Shown here: in pieces, positions 9,552 to 22,831 of the stretch
Position numbering within the stretch: position 1 is the stretch's first letter
How the letters are laid out: the number at the start of each line of letters is the position of its first letter
DNA from: Pavona decussata
Taxonomy: Eukaryota
NCBI GenBank assembly: GCA_977016875.1
Contig: CDRNST010000036.1
Coordinates: forward strand, 5,890,001-5,954,000
Length of the DNA: 64,000 nt
Reading direction: 5' to 3'
The notes under the pieces: model-generated
The model's input: only the letters and a program-made list of their open reading frames with translations
What the model was told of the DNA's origin: nothing
Databases searched by the model: none
Made by a program: the position numbers and the translations under genes

Positions 9552-12500
9552 TTTTCCAATAACCATGGAACATGTGAAATGAAAACTGAGTTTGTTATTT
9601 GTTTTAAAACCCCAAGCAAAATTTGTTGAGTGATCTTGAATCATAATGGTAGGGACTTATCAAGAAAATGACTATTTTATTTCCTTACTTGTAGATTCTC
9701 GCTATAACAAAGATTCCTAAAAGTGTGTGAAAATCTCCATTGTGACGTCTGAAGTTAAATTAAAATGGTTGTAAATTGAAAAAGTATGACAATTAACTAT
9801 TAGTCAAATAAACCATTTGTAACTGTGAACACTTTTTTAAATTATTCAAAAAAGAAAACAACCACGCTCACTTTCCATCGAGAAGGTTTAATATGTGAAC
9901 TTTAGAAGAACTCTGTCTGCAGAATCTATCACTGTTTAAAAAATAAGAAATATTTTACATCGCTTAACGGATGATGTCACACAGTTCTGATCAAAATACG
10001 AGCGTTGTAGACCGGGGTTCTAGCATCAACAGCAATTCAGGACACCAGCTGACACCCACTTTTATTTTGACATGTTTGACATATTTTGGACTTTTAAAGG
10101 CGTATTGTTTGACATTCAATGTGACTGTTTGTGAGACAACCCAAATTGAGTGTTTCACCTGTATTAAAAGTCGAAATTAAAAGGCTGGGGGCTAAGTAGA
10201 AAACTTTCCAGTTAACTTAGCCCTCAAGCTCTACTAATACATTATTTCAGGAGCCGATGATTATTTCAATTAAAATGCAAATTCATTTCTTTTATTTAAA
10301 CAGTACTATTTTCAAAATTGTCTTTAGTTTCAGAGAGCAAATAAAACTTCTTCTTCTTCTTCCTTAATAATTGATTTCCTCAGACAACTTTACGGCATAT
10401 TTTTGTTTGCCTTCCAGCTTGTTAGGAGTTGCAATAGAAGAGCTTGCATTGTGGCGAGCTATTTCGCAGCTATACCAACTCCCTGAATGAATGATGATTA
10501 CTCAAACAATGACTGACATATCAACATGACGACTGTACACTCAATAGACATGCGCGAAGTGTTAGACAGCTTAAAGCGTGACTCACCCCCAAACTTAATC
10601 ATGAATATAACGAGTCTGCCAGTCTTTGCACTGTTTAGTATTTGACATCTTTACCCACAAATCGTTTCTTGTGACAACAACAGGACCGCCTAATTGAACT
10701 ACAATTAGAGAGGTAGAAAAAAGATATGCAAATGACGTGAAGTAGGTGGTGATTATTTCAGACAGCTGGGAGAACCTATTGTCAAGACTATCCATCATTC
10801 TTTTATTCTTTTTACAACTTTGGTTAAGTGACTTTGGTCTTACACTTTAGTGAATTATCACCTCGTTACCACCTAATGGCCCGGTTGCTCAGTACTTGAT
10901 AAACTCGGTATTTTGAAAAACATTCTCTGGCTGAGGGCAATCTGTGATTAACTAGAATTTGTACAGTATTTTACGCTAACCCTCCTTCTTAAATTAAACA
11001 ACTGAATTTTCACGGATGAGGTAACTAATTTGAACAATCATGTCAAAAATCGTCATAAGCTTCTGAGTTCAACTTTTTGTCGTATTTCTCTTGGTTTATA
11101 CCACGCTAATCACAGATCTTAATCTCCACGTGGCTGCTGATGAATTTCTCCACCCGCAATAAACCTATTAGATTTTCGATTGGGATGTCAATAGCTACCG
11201 AAAACAACCCGAGTATCGTGAGTGTAAAAACCTCTACAAATGTGTTCCAATTATATGACACGTTCCTGAAGGGCCAAATTGGTTTATAACGACAAGTTGT
11301 TAACACTGAGCCAAACGAAAAGTATTGCTTGGTATCTGCTCATGCCAGGGGCCCACATGGCTTGTCTAGACGTCTTCTCGAAATGGCTCGTCTTGTTTTC
11401 TGACTTGGCGTTTAAGAAGGCGTAATTTGGCACGTTTTAGAGCCTTCTTTTATTAACTAAAGATTAGATGTTCCTAAATAGCCTCTGGTGGGTGCAGAAG
11501 GGTGAAATAGAAGGGGAATTTGAATAATATAAATTTTTTTGTGGTGAGAGGGACTGACTGATTACAAACTTTCGATAAAGAAAGATTTTAAAACTGTCGA
11601 CAAAACATTCCACTTGCAACAATTACTGTCATTACTATGCGATAGAAAGCGCCTATAGGTATCTTCAGTTCACTGAACTGCATGAAGCAACACTGTTCTA
11701 GGCGGCACCAGCAGATACCCGCTTAAATTTCCGCGGTGATGTGTGACATCTAGTGTGGAAGTGGTGAAACCACTGATTATTACTTTGAAGGAAAGTGACG
11801 TTAAAATGAATCAGGAGACCAGATCACTTCAACCTTCTTACACTTCCTCATACGTCAAGTTGCGTGTGATCGGGTCCTAGTTTGGATTCTTAAGAGGCAA
11901 CATGGTGACATTGAAAAGAGGGCGGGAGGTATTATTATAAATAGTTCACGCTAGCTTTTGTTATGCTTGAGAGGTTAATGTCGTCTCGACGTGATTTAAC
12001 GTTCAAAGCATTGAAACAAAAAAATAAGTTGATCCAACGCATTTAAGATATTTAGGCATCAGGCGACTCAAGATGGTCTTTTGTGCGCACAGTGCTTCTG
12101 AACGACGCAGTACCAGCATGTTAATAGGGTCGAGTATTTGAGACAGAATAAGGTAGTTTAAACCGCATGTAAAATCTCTTGAAATAGAAGTCTCTTACAG
12201 TTTCTCTGCCTTCATTGATGCATCCAGTTAAAAAAAAATGTAAAATAGCGAGCCGTTTTGTTAATAGTAGCAAATTGCTGGGGAGTATAAACTGTAGTAT
12301 ATAAGACCAAGCAGACTACCGAGGAGTCAATAATCTAAACCATTGGTCGTCTCAACGAGGTTAGAAATAATAACAAGAAAATGACGCGGAACGTGATTTT
12401 CGCTGCTTCTCAGGCCAAAGAAAACGTACGTCCCATAATAACGAGCTGCTGGTAGATGGTTGTATTTACAGGATGTTTTTGAGGCATTTTCCATAGTGTG

Positions 12501-12721
12501 TTTGCCTTGTGGGATTTGAATCTGTCCGAGGACCTAAATAATACCCTTTTCTATACTTCATTTCGTGAAATCCGGCCCTACCCTTTTAAATACCTCCAGT
12601 GGTACTCTTTCGGGTGACCCCCCCCCCCCCCCTTCCCCCGGGGGACGTTACCTCGCCTTTTCAGTACCATCCCGTCAACACGAATACCTTATTCTTACGA
12701 CGGCCCTTTTTTTTTTTCCAA
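9552..12721. repeat. Tandem segmental duplication, copy 2 (~3.2 kb)
   Basis: Starts TTTTCCAATAACCATGGAACATGTGAAATG and ends ...TACCTTATTCTTACGACGGCCCTTTT. Paired ORF artefacts are 6210/9971 and 6417/10595. Confidence 0.92.
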
Positions 12722-13551
12722 AAAATGCTCAGTCTTAGTTATGTTATTGTAAAGGTCGTCTCTTAAATCAGGTTACCTGTTAGTTCGTAGCCAACGGCAA
12801 GATAAGGTTAAGGCATTTTTGTTGCAAATCCAAGAACCCCGAGGTACGATCATTCTAAATGAACACACAATACAATCATGGCAAACATATAATAAATTTC
12901 AAGCGTTGTGCAGTCTGTGCAATATAAAATCGAAAAAAATCGAAACTAAGGTATGCCTAATTAAAAACTGTGGTTGCTCAGGGATGGAAACAAGCATTGA
13001 CAAAATTCGATATGTTTTCGAAAATTGCAAAACAAACTGAACATCACTGCGATTTTGATTTACTGTTCAACTGTTTCGTTCTGAAGAATGCCTAGGTTTA
13101 AAACTGGAAAAGTAAAAGTTTTCCATTTTTTAAGTTTAACTTTTGGATATCGAAAGCCAAACGGCACCACCCCTGAGCATTAAAAGAGATCAGTGATAAC
13201 TGTTACTTGATGGTCATGATTTTTTTTTTTTTATAGCAATCTGGGTTTGATGAGCCCGGTTGCTAACTTTCATTTGAATAGTTACGCTTATCAACTATGA
13301 CCGAAACACCAGAACCTCACAGCATCCTAGGAAAGCAATCGACAATAGCTTCCATGAATGATCACACTTTGAGATCAAGATTTAACGTGACCTAAACACT
13401 CAAATTTAGAATCCCCTCGGGTGCATCAAAAACTGTACCACATGAAACTACCGCTCAATAGTTTTCAGTTTGAATGACCTTCAATGGTCGCACTTCAGGA
13501 TTTCCGTCGCCTCTAGATCCAAACGTCAGGCATAAAAAGGGTTTAATTCAG

Positions 13552-13916
13552 GGGCACTTTCATTTAGCCAAAAGCTTCGGTACTTTTTTTTATTACAAAA
13601 ATAATTATTTTCTATTATAAATGCAAATGGTACGCGAGGATCAAATTGAAATTTCCCGGAACAAACGGACGTCGACCTTGAGAGGTTCTCCTACCGGTGA
13701 GAACGGAAATTACTGTTCCATTTGTACAAAGCCCACTTTGTTATCTCCATGCGCCATTATTGCGCCACCAGGTAAGGTTTTTGACTATCAATGAGATTAC
13801 AAGTTTGGAACGAACCGAAAAAAAAAAAAAAAAAGGAAAAGATAAAAGCCTTTCGATTTGGCACGAAACGTTTCCGGAATTTCCAACCGAAAATTTTGGC
13901 TAAATGGAGGGCGCCA
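13552..13916. mobile_element. Harbinger-like MITE
   Basis: TIR GGGCACTTTCATTTAGCCAAAAGCTTCGG versus reverse complement TGGCGCCCTCCATTTAGCCAAAATTTTCGG. CAG lies on both flanks. Confidence 0.7.
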
Positions 13917-16181
13917 CAGGGAAGAACTATACATACCAGTGATTAAACACGTAAAGAGATGCTGGACGCTCCTAAAAACTATCCTTTCCACCTGTAGTGA
14001 GTGCTTTAAAATAAATATTTTTATTGCTTTGTGCGGGGCGTATTACCATGGGAAGCTATGAGTAGGGATTGGAATTTCTAAAACTGGGCTTTAGTTTTAG
14101 AAAAGGAAGTAATATGAGATTATTTAGGCCTCGAATAAACTGAAAGCGAAATATTTAGAGGTATGGTCGGAAGTGGAAAACAGCCAATAAACAAAAAAGT
14201 CCTTTAAAACGATACATTATTTTAAGATGTAAAATAACTTCCTTGTGGATGAAGAATTCTCACAATTTTTTAAACGTTTCGTTTTATGTCAACTGGTTTC
14301 TTGCAATGCTTAAGGGATTCCAAACGGAAATTTGTAGCAAAAAACAATTGCTATCTTGAAATTTTTTTCTTTTTCAAAAAGTAAAAATGTCGGTTAGACT
14401 TTGTGTAGAAGCTGGTAGATTCGAATTTGCTTTGACAGGTGCCAGATCTGACAAGCTATTGTCGCTGCCTTCCACAGATGGACTAGGGACCACACCCTTT
14501 CTTATTACTGCTGCTGAAACAACAAGTCGAAAACAACAGTGTTTGTTCCAATTTACTGAAATTTCTATAAATGCAGCTTTCAATCTCTACTCCACGAAGC
14601 TAATTACTAGGAACGTGTGAAAACATGCGTTTGTTTTACCGATTCGCGACTGTTGCAAAGTCCAACACTTAACCGATAATCAATTAAAGTTTAAAGACAT
14701 TGTAAATGTCTTCTTTGCATTCCGAGTTCGCCTCAAAACCTAACAAATAACATGGTTTGTAATCACAAGAGAAAGACACTTTCAGGAGCAACGCATGACG
14801 TGTGTCGGCAATGTTCAGTGGGGTATTAGATGAAAAATCTATCAATCACCACTGTTTTTCAATTTATTCATATCTCGTCTCATCAGTTTGAAAATTTCGT
14901 TTCATAAATAAGAATTCTACGCAAAAGCTAAAAGTTTCACCTCCTACTGAGCTAATAAAATTCTCATAATTGACGCTTAAACGTGATTGGTGCGTAAGAC
15001 TATCCTAAAGTGACTGTAAATAAACATGCCGTGGGTCTTCCCATTGAGTGGTTGATCACGTGACAACTTTCATTCACCCGAACGCCAGCACCTGCTTTTT
15101 ACTATTCCGTGGAAGCCAAAATTGTGTCAAGAACTGGTCGACCTCGACCAAAGGCACCCTTGAAAAAAACAGCATCCTATTTGTACCTAACAGCAAGGAT
15201 GACTGATTACCATATGACTGTTCACTAGTGGTTGTTTTCATTTCCAGTTTTAATTTTGCCGATTATCGATTTCAACTCGACCGGAATTAACCAATCCATT
15301 GAAATAGCGCTAATTCATTTTACGCTACAAATGTAGGTGGCTCATCACACGAGATAAACGTAAAATGAGTTTGAATTTGCTCCGTGCCAAATGAATAGAG
15401 TTATGAAATACGACAAGCCAAAGATATTTTAATTTTGTTCCGTCAAGTTGAATTGGAGGAGCTAATAATTTTTAGCGGCAGAAAAGGCAGTCATGAAAAT
15501 GTAGCCATTAAAACCACTCGGCAAGGGTCACGGAAGCGTACCGCGGAACATTTCCGACTTCAGCTAATCCAGATTTTAAGATTTCATTTCTTTCCCGCAC
15601 AGAACGTAATGTTTTCACTCAAAACCGCAATTCATACTAGTGTACTCACAACACAAAGAGCTCTTGTCGATAAATAAAATTCTCTTTATTTTCATTCTCG
15701 ATGACACAAGGTATAAATTGCTTCAACCCTTATTTTGTAAATTGAACGTTCGCGAAAAGCATTTTCTTTCGGACCCTTGATATAAACAGCAACCCAGTAT
15801 TAAATCCTCTTTGAGTTCTATAAACCTATTTGAATAAACTTTTTTTTTTCTGTATAGAAAGGTAAAATATACAATTGTAAAAACAACCTTCCTACCTCGC
15901 CTCGCGGCTAATGTTCGCGGTGATGCTAATTTTGACTCAATGTTTGTTCGATCGAGGCCGCGCCAACCAGTCAACCAGCAGATGGATTTCCCAAATGGAA
16001 AACAAATATCTCAATAAAATGCATAGCATATATTAATTAAAACATTCAGTCTCCAAGTTTTTTTAACGGTAAAAAATCTTTGGTTTTGTATCTTTTCTTC
16101 TTCTAGAAAAGCTCCGCTGTTTCAGTTGGCCTGGTCGTTTGTAGTAACAACGATAATAAACGTCATTTCGTACGTGCCTGT

Positions 16182-16934
16182 TCACTCGTTCATGTTAAAC
16201 GTTATAATTGGCCTGAAATATACCTCATCAAACATGGACGGATCTCTCCTAGGAACTGGAACTGCCACGGCCCTGGAGAGCTGCATTTTCTCGAAATCCA
16301 GCCTCGGGCGGCGTTTTCTCTTAAGGTTAGTGTTCTCTTGCTCATCCAAATTACGTTTCAGAGCGCCAGACATCCCCGGCGTACGACTTTTGTTCTGAAT
16401 GAACTTATGCGTCGAGCCCGTAATCTCGGCGAGAACAACTTGATTTGGTAAATCGTCAGGCTTGTCCAGATTTACAAGAAGTCCACTTACTTCGTCGTCA
16501 GAACTTTCAGCGCAGTCTGTGGCGCTTGAAGCCTGTTCTTTATGCAGGTTTTCCTGATTTGCATATTTATTAACTGATAAAGTTAGGTGCCCTGGCGATG
16601 TATGAAGACTGGTTGAATGAATGTCGACTCCAGGTTTTACAATTCCGCATATTTCCTTGGAGTTCTCGTCGCTTTCCTTCGCTCGCTCCAATCCTGCTGT
16701 AGCCACCTGATTTGCTCTCATTACGGCTGTCTCCTTGCGCTTCGCTGTCAGAGCGGTGGGCAGGCTTCGGCTTCGCTTTGGATTACTATGTGCTCTTCCA
16801 GCAAAATCTAAATCGAACGGCTCTGAGTAGGAGTAGTAGAAAGCTGGTTTCATATTGCGGTTTTCATCGAGTCCATGTCGCTGAAGTTGAAATGCAAGGG
16901 TGTCAATACAGGGCAGGCTGCTTGTGAGGGCCAT
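16182..16934 (-). CDS. FAM53: FAM53-family (Simplet/DNTNP-like) protein, 250 aa, single coding exon
   Basis: Three FAM53-type motifs occur in order: N-terminal TLAFQLQRHGLDE (cf. TLITEKLQxQSLDD), PKRSRSLP (cf. PKRHCRSLS) and LKRKRRPRLDFEKMQ (cf. KRRR..RPSLDFxKM). There is an in-frame TAA 9 nt upstream of the ATG, and AATAAA (minus) at ~15685-15690. Confidence 0.75.
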   Translation of the reverse strand: MALTSSLPCIDTLAFQLQRHGLDENRNMKPAFYYSYSEPFDLDFAGRAHSNPKRSRSLPTALTAKRKETAVMRANQVATAGLERAKESDENSKEICGIVKPGVDIHSTSLHTSPGHLTLSVNKYANQENLHKEQASSATDCAESSDDEVSGLLVNLDKPDDLPNQVVLAEITGSTHKFIQNKSRTPGMSGALKRNLDEQENTNLKRKRRPRLDFEKMQLSRAVAVPVPRRDPSMFDEVYFRPIITFNMNE

Positions 16935-17078
16935 TGGGACTTAAGGATGGCCGCTTTTCGCCTCCGGCTTGAAGATTTTACGGCGCGCGAGCTGCGGTAG
17001 TTGACAGGCTTGGCGCGGAGCGCGGAGTGCCAGCCCGTAGCTAGTACGATCCACACAACACACTTGCCATCGGGCCAC

Positions 17079-17107
17079 CTGAAAACACAGAAGTTCAACA
17101 ATTAATG
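17079..17107 (-). other. Splice acceptor and branch-point-like site of a 5'-UTR intron of the FAM53-like gene
   Basis: The minus strand reads CATTAATTGTTGAACTTCTGTGTTTTCAG|GTGG. A candidate donor TCA|GTAAGT lies at ~17226. Confidence 0.55.
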
Positions 17108-20100
17108 GGGCGATGCGATTGGCTGAAACGAATCAATTGCACCCGTTGAGCCATTATCACTGACAACAAAGCAGCAGGTTTACTTGGAAGCGATCATCAT
17201 TCATGAAATCCTATACGAGAACTTACTGAATTCATCAGAGTTTTCTTATATCGTCTGGATTCTAGTATGGACTTAAGTCTATCGGTAACATCAACTAATA
17301 AGAAAATTACGCGATCGCGCGTGTTTTACCTTTGCTTTTCGCGGTAAGTAGAATTGCGTGCCAGTTAAATACACCAGATTAAAACCTTCTGTGACCGACA
17401 TAAATGTATTCGACGAAACTAAAACAACGAGGGCCATCAAATTAAATTAAAATTGTTGGTCCGGCGATGGCTTGAATATTGCATGCAACTCCAACCTCCA
17501 ATGATTTGCATTAGGAATATTAAGAGTAAAAGGGACAAATTTACCTCGATGGTAAATCAAACGTGACATGTTTTATGTTTTTCTCCCCGCAAACAACTCT
17601 GTTTTGAGAAAATGAACGTCGAAATCTTACAACTTTCAATGTATTGATAATGAGGATTACTACAAAAGAAACAGTTAGAGAGTTAGGCAAGGATCAGCCT
17701 AATTAAAATAACTACTATCCGCTCCCGTTTACCGCCAAAGCTTGACTCTAGAGGGATTAAATTTTAAGAACGCCTTCAACCGCGGAAAACGGCGGTCAGT
17801 TGCTTCGAAATTACCATGCATGTATACATTAGAAGAATTGCTGTCCTTTAGTGGAAAGGACACCGGCTCTTTTGTCTTCCATTTCGTAAACAATCACCCA
17901 TATATTTAAAAGCACATTGCGAGGCCATGCAGGGCGGGCTCGTATCAAGTTGGCTGTTATGCAAATTTTTCACGAGAAGAGCTCAAAGATGTTTTATCGT
18001 AATTTAAGCACGTGCAAAAGAAAAGCGAGAAACTAATGCGATGTTAAGGTTTGAACGTTGATCAATGGACGTACTCTTCAATTCAGTAAAGCCAGTGCAT
18101 ACAATTTCCTTTCTGAGAGTAATCTTGTCTAGGACGGCGGCTGAGAGCTTTGACATCGTGCACATGTTTTGAGTAACCTACCCACATGGCATGTTGAGCA
18201 GTGATGTGTTTTTCTTTCTTAGCTGTAAGACGAGAAGTCATGCGATACGCTGTCCTTTTTGCGTGTTGCCAAAACAGTCTGTGAACGTTCCGTCTGTACA
18301 GCTACATTTTTGTGGCACATTCAACTGAAGTCTTGGCATCAGTTGTTGTTTTTCTACTGAACTGACGCAATCCCGTCCTGCGTACAGACTTAATATTGCA
18401 AACTACTTGACTGATGAGAATTAATGAATTTTCCACCAATAAAAATACAGTGCTGCCAGGGCTGTGTTTTGCTTCCCAGTTAGAAGATTATTGCACTTTT
18501 CGTAGTTGCAGTTACGTTTCTCCTCTGAAAGAAATGTTCGACTTAAGAGAAACGTTTCCTCATGTCATCCATTTTCAACCTTTTCCGTCACACGTCACTT
18601 ATTGCTTTTATCTTCATCGATTTTTAAGATAAAATCCACGTGGTGAAGGAACAAAAAAAAAAAAAAAGCACAAAACTGTCATTTTTAAAGTTGTATTTTT
18701 GAAAGTTGCCTTCAACTGACCAACGCATAGAGACAAGCTAAGACAGGGTTGAATTGATAAATTTGCAGGCAATGTTCCAGCCGTTGATTACAGCGCCTTT
18801 TAGCATGTGCTTAAATTATAGTGGTAGTTTCGCGGTCACCTGTAGCAAGATAATAGATAATTGAGCGTATTATTCAGCCAAAATTGTTGGATGTTTAAAT
18901 AATGGGAAACCTACAAGAATTGCTGGCAGATTTTCGTTCTTGGAAAAAGAGGATTACCGCGTAAAAAATTGCGCTATGTGTAGAAGTCAAGCAAGGTCAC
19001 CCAACATCAAGAAAAAAACAATGATATAACCAAACCATACTTACGAAACGTGTATTACTCGAGATCAGCTCTTTCTTGGGTGTCACCGTACATTACTTTT
19101 TTATAAATCATGTTCCAAGTTCCAAAGGGGCTTACTCAGTAACGCTTGAAATACCATGATAACAGAGCCCACCAAAAAAGAGGGTCTTTATGCGGTCATT
19201 GATACGAACCATTTCAAAAGACCTGCATGCTCAGTGCTCATATTGACTCAATAAAGAAAGCTCATTGAAATCCATTTCGGAGAACTTTTGTAGAATAGAA
19301 ATTAGTACCTTGTTATTGTGGAGGTGACAATCTTAAATGGCAGCGAGAAAAGCAGTGCGTAGGCACTGACGATTCAGTCCAGACTGTATCACGCGCGATA
19401 TGGAGTGTTTGCGTGCCGGATAGCGTACGTTGTTTGTTCAAAACAAGTAGTAAATGTGGGTCACCAGTGTTTCTCCAAAACGCACGTTAATTCCGTTTTA
19501 ACGTACAACAGGCAATTCTTTGTCGTAACCAAAACAATTACTTTGCACTTGTCATTAAGGATTCAGGAAGGTTTTGTTTTGAAATGCAAAATAGATCAAG
19601 TTAATTTCAATGAGCCTTTCTTAAAATAAATTTTTGTTTCAATGCAAGGCCGCAGCTGGCATTTGAACCGCCAGAAATCATCTTAACCTGACAAAATTAA
19701 TGTAGAAAAAGCTGCTTAAACAGAAATTTACGAAAACACAGGTAGCATTTACAAATTCTGACTCCGATCTTCACGATCAATAAATTCCCCGCGAGCTCTA
19801 GTCGGTCGCAGTCTACTGAAAATAAATAAAAAGTAATTAAGATATTCCTTATCGACTGAGCGACTACGAGAATATCTGAAAGTGCCCAAAAGCCTTTTAG
19901 CTTTCATTTTGTTCACGGGTTTAACAAAACGTTGCTCACATTAGCTATTGTTAGTAAAGCACTTATTCATTTTCAGTGGGTGCCAGCCTCTCGTTAGTGG
20001 CGAAGTCAGTTATGAAAGTCTTTTGAATTATGACAGGATCAACTTGAATTATCCTGTCAGTCAAGACCCCAAAAATCCTTTGTATTTCTCGAGTGGTAGA

Positions 20101-22705
20101 AAAGTGATTTCTTATGTAGCCGAGTTGTTGTTCAATTTTGCGATTTTGAACGATTCCGAATTATTTCCAAGGCAGGCGAATCGTTCATCATCTTGGAAAT
20201 GATTTTACCCCATATTCCTCTCTTGAGTCCATGCAAGGCCATTTATAGATAAACTCGTACATCGACAAAATTCTTCCTAACACAATAGTTGACGAAATAT
20301 CTAAATAACATCGAACAGGCATAGAACTTACTTAAAAAAATGAGCGCTCCCTCCGACGGACAAACGGCTCGACGAAGATCAGATCGAAGTTGCTTTCAGC
20401 GATTGCTTCATGACCGTTTGCCTTACTTTAAATTTCATATGTTGTACTTTGTGGTATTGTTTAGAGGTCTATTGTGCTTCCCTTGAGCGTGAATGAAACA
20501 ACTGGTTGCTTTTCCGGACTCGCAGAAGAGTTGTCATGACAACGTCAAGGCCGTGTGTTTTATGATGTAAATTCGTCGGCACAATATCACCCAGCACGTG
20601 CTCATAGGTCAGGGGTGTGCATGGCTGAATGGCTGCTCACTTCTATCACTATCGTCAGATTGAATTGTCAAGTGAATTTTCTCCAGCAGAGATCTCTTCT
20701 TGTAGCTTTGTAAATGCCCTAGGACGTTTTATGGTAAAGAAAAACAAGAAATGCCTGGTGCGCCAGGTGATCAAAAATCGCTATCAACGAGCCCACGACT
20801 CCTGTGATATCACGGCACAACTCATGGTATAGATTTGAGAAAAGATGCATGTTGAGAATTATCAGGTGCAACCTCGACATAATGCATTATTGAAGGCCGT
20901 TAACACTCAAGGGAATTTTTTTTCTACCTGATATTAGTGGTATTCTTGTAGTCTGAGGATTCAAGTGCCTTTTCAAATCACCTTTAGAACGTCAAGCGGT
21001 GATTTTAGCCAAGCTTTCACGACAATTTGAGTGCGATTTTATTCTGATGAAAAGAACGCATTCGGTGTTACAATAAAGACATCTGGGGAGTCCCCACCCT
21101 CCCCAACCCCGGCCCTCACCCGCCCCCAAGGAAGCTTTGACATTGTTTTACGCCCACATCGCGTACACTATGCCCTCATCGCAGCACTAAATCACAATCA
21201 TGAGAAACCGCCGATAGACCACCAAAAAATGACTGTGAAAGCCGACATGAGTTTACACAAGCCATTTGCTTGTGAAATCGCTCATAAATTCTCTCCAAAA
21301 CTGGTCCGTGAAATTGCATCATACTCGCTTGTCACGGTAAGCAGGTAAAGAATGGCTAACAAGACAGATAACAAGTGTGGAAAGATTTCCTTATAGCCCC
21401 ATGAATCAAATAAACGCACAGTCGTTACTACAATAATTGTATAATTTCTATGGCGCTGTACGGAAATCTTACCAAATGTATTATTTAGAGTAAATTTTGT
21501 CCTGTGGATCAGATAACAAATTGAAAAAGTCAGGTCGACGATTTCAACTTCTTCGCCTATGCTCACTGCAGTTCATTCTTTCTTTGAAAGTTCAATCAAT
21601 TTAATCTCTTTTATGACACTAAGCCGAAGCAATTCATATATGAGCATATGATCAAGGTATAAATATATATTAAGTTAACAATCAGAGGAATGATAGGCTA
21701 GTCAGCCACAATTAGTCAATTTATTGTCAAAATTGTACGCACACGAAATCTGGGGAAAGCTGAGACGGGAATCAAATACTATCAGGAGCCATTTGAGTAA
21801 TCAATTACCGCGCAAAAAAAACCACTATCTTTTGGTTTGGTATATACTATTATTTTCCCTTGGTAGGCGAACATTAACATTAACATTTTATAATGGACAA
21901 TAGGGTTGTTTGGGGTTTAAGAGATCATGTAAATTTTTAAAAGATATTCACCGGAAAAACTGCTGAAAAAACAAAGATCTCATAACCCGTCCTGCGAGCA
22001 AACAGCCACTTGGGGTTTTCACCGTTTCTCTTCTCATCGCCGGAAAGGCTCGATAACTTTTCAGTCCCGAAAACTAATTACTTATGATGCAATATTTCTG
22101 AACAAGGATTCAGTGTTTATTGATTTTGAAAACTAAATTTTAAAATCTTAAAATAACGGTTATTGGGACTGAGTGTGAAGAATTGGGCCTCCAAATCTGT
22201 TTCCCAACAGACGCTACAGTGCGTTACTCTCTTGGGTGCTTGGCAAGGAAATCAATTTTGAAGGGCTTACTAATTTTCAGGTAGACGTCCTGGCGTTGAG
22301 AAATGTTCAGGGAGGTTTCGTATCCAGACGAACATTAGTTTTTTTTTTTTAGTATTTGTTCATTCAGAGAAATGGAGAAATATCCGCATCCCTAGCATTT
22401 TAAGCATTGAACACTTTGCTCAGTAAAAATAGTAATAATAATTGCTAAAGTATCAATAGTAGTAACAGTAATAATTGCATTCGACGTAGGAAGAATGCAC
22501 TCCTTATACGGATGGGAGTCGAGATATTGTATGGCACAATGTTGACTCAGTAAATGGATGGATCAGTCTTGTGACGCGTATCATCCCTTGCAGATTTTTT
22601 TGCAAGGGTGGTTGACATCACAAAGGAGAGAGAGCCTGGAATCGAGAACATCGAACGCACTCCCTAATCTTTGATTATTACTAGTAATAGTTATAAATAA
22701 TAATA

Positions 22706-22831
22706 CGGATATACACTGCAAATACTTTAATGGGCCTTGCCTTACCCTTAGCAAGCCATATGCGTGACATTGTGCACTTGACATTGTGTTTTGCTAAGGG
22801 AGAGCCAAGGCCATTGAAAGCATGTATATCC
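22706..22831. mobile_element. Short hairpin-type MITE relic
   Basis: GGATATACA...TTTAATGGGCCTTGCCTTACCCTTAGCAA is inverted at TTGCTAAGGGAGAGCCAAGGCCATTGAAAGCATGTATATCC. Confidence 0.55.

Noticed and set aside
16850-17101. Overlapping 83-aa ORF upstream of FAM53-like
   Set aside because: It starts at a non-ATG codon inside the predicted intron and has no domain features.
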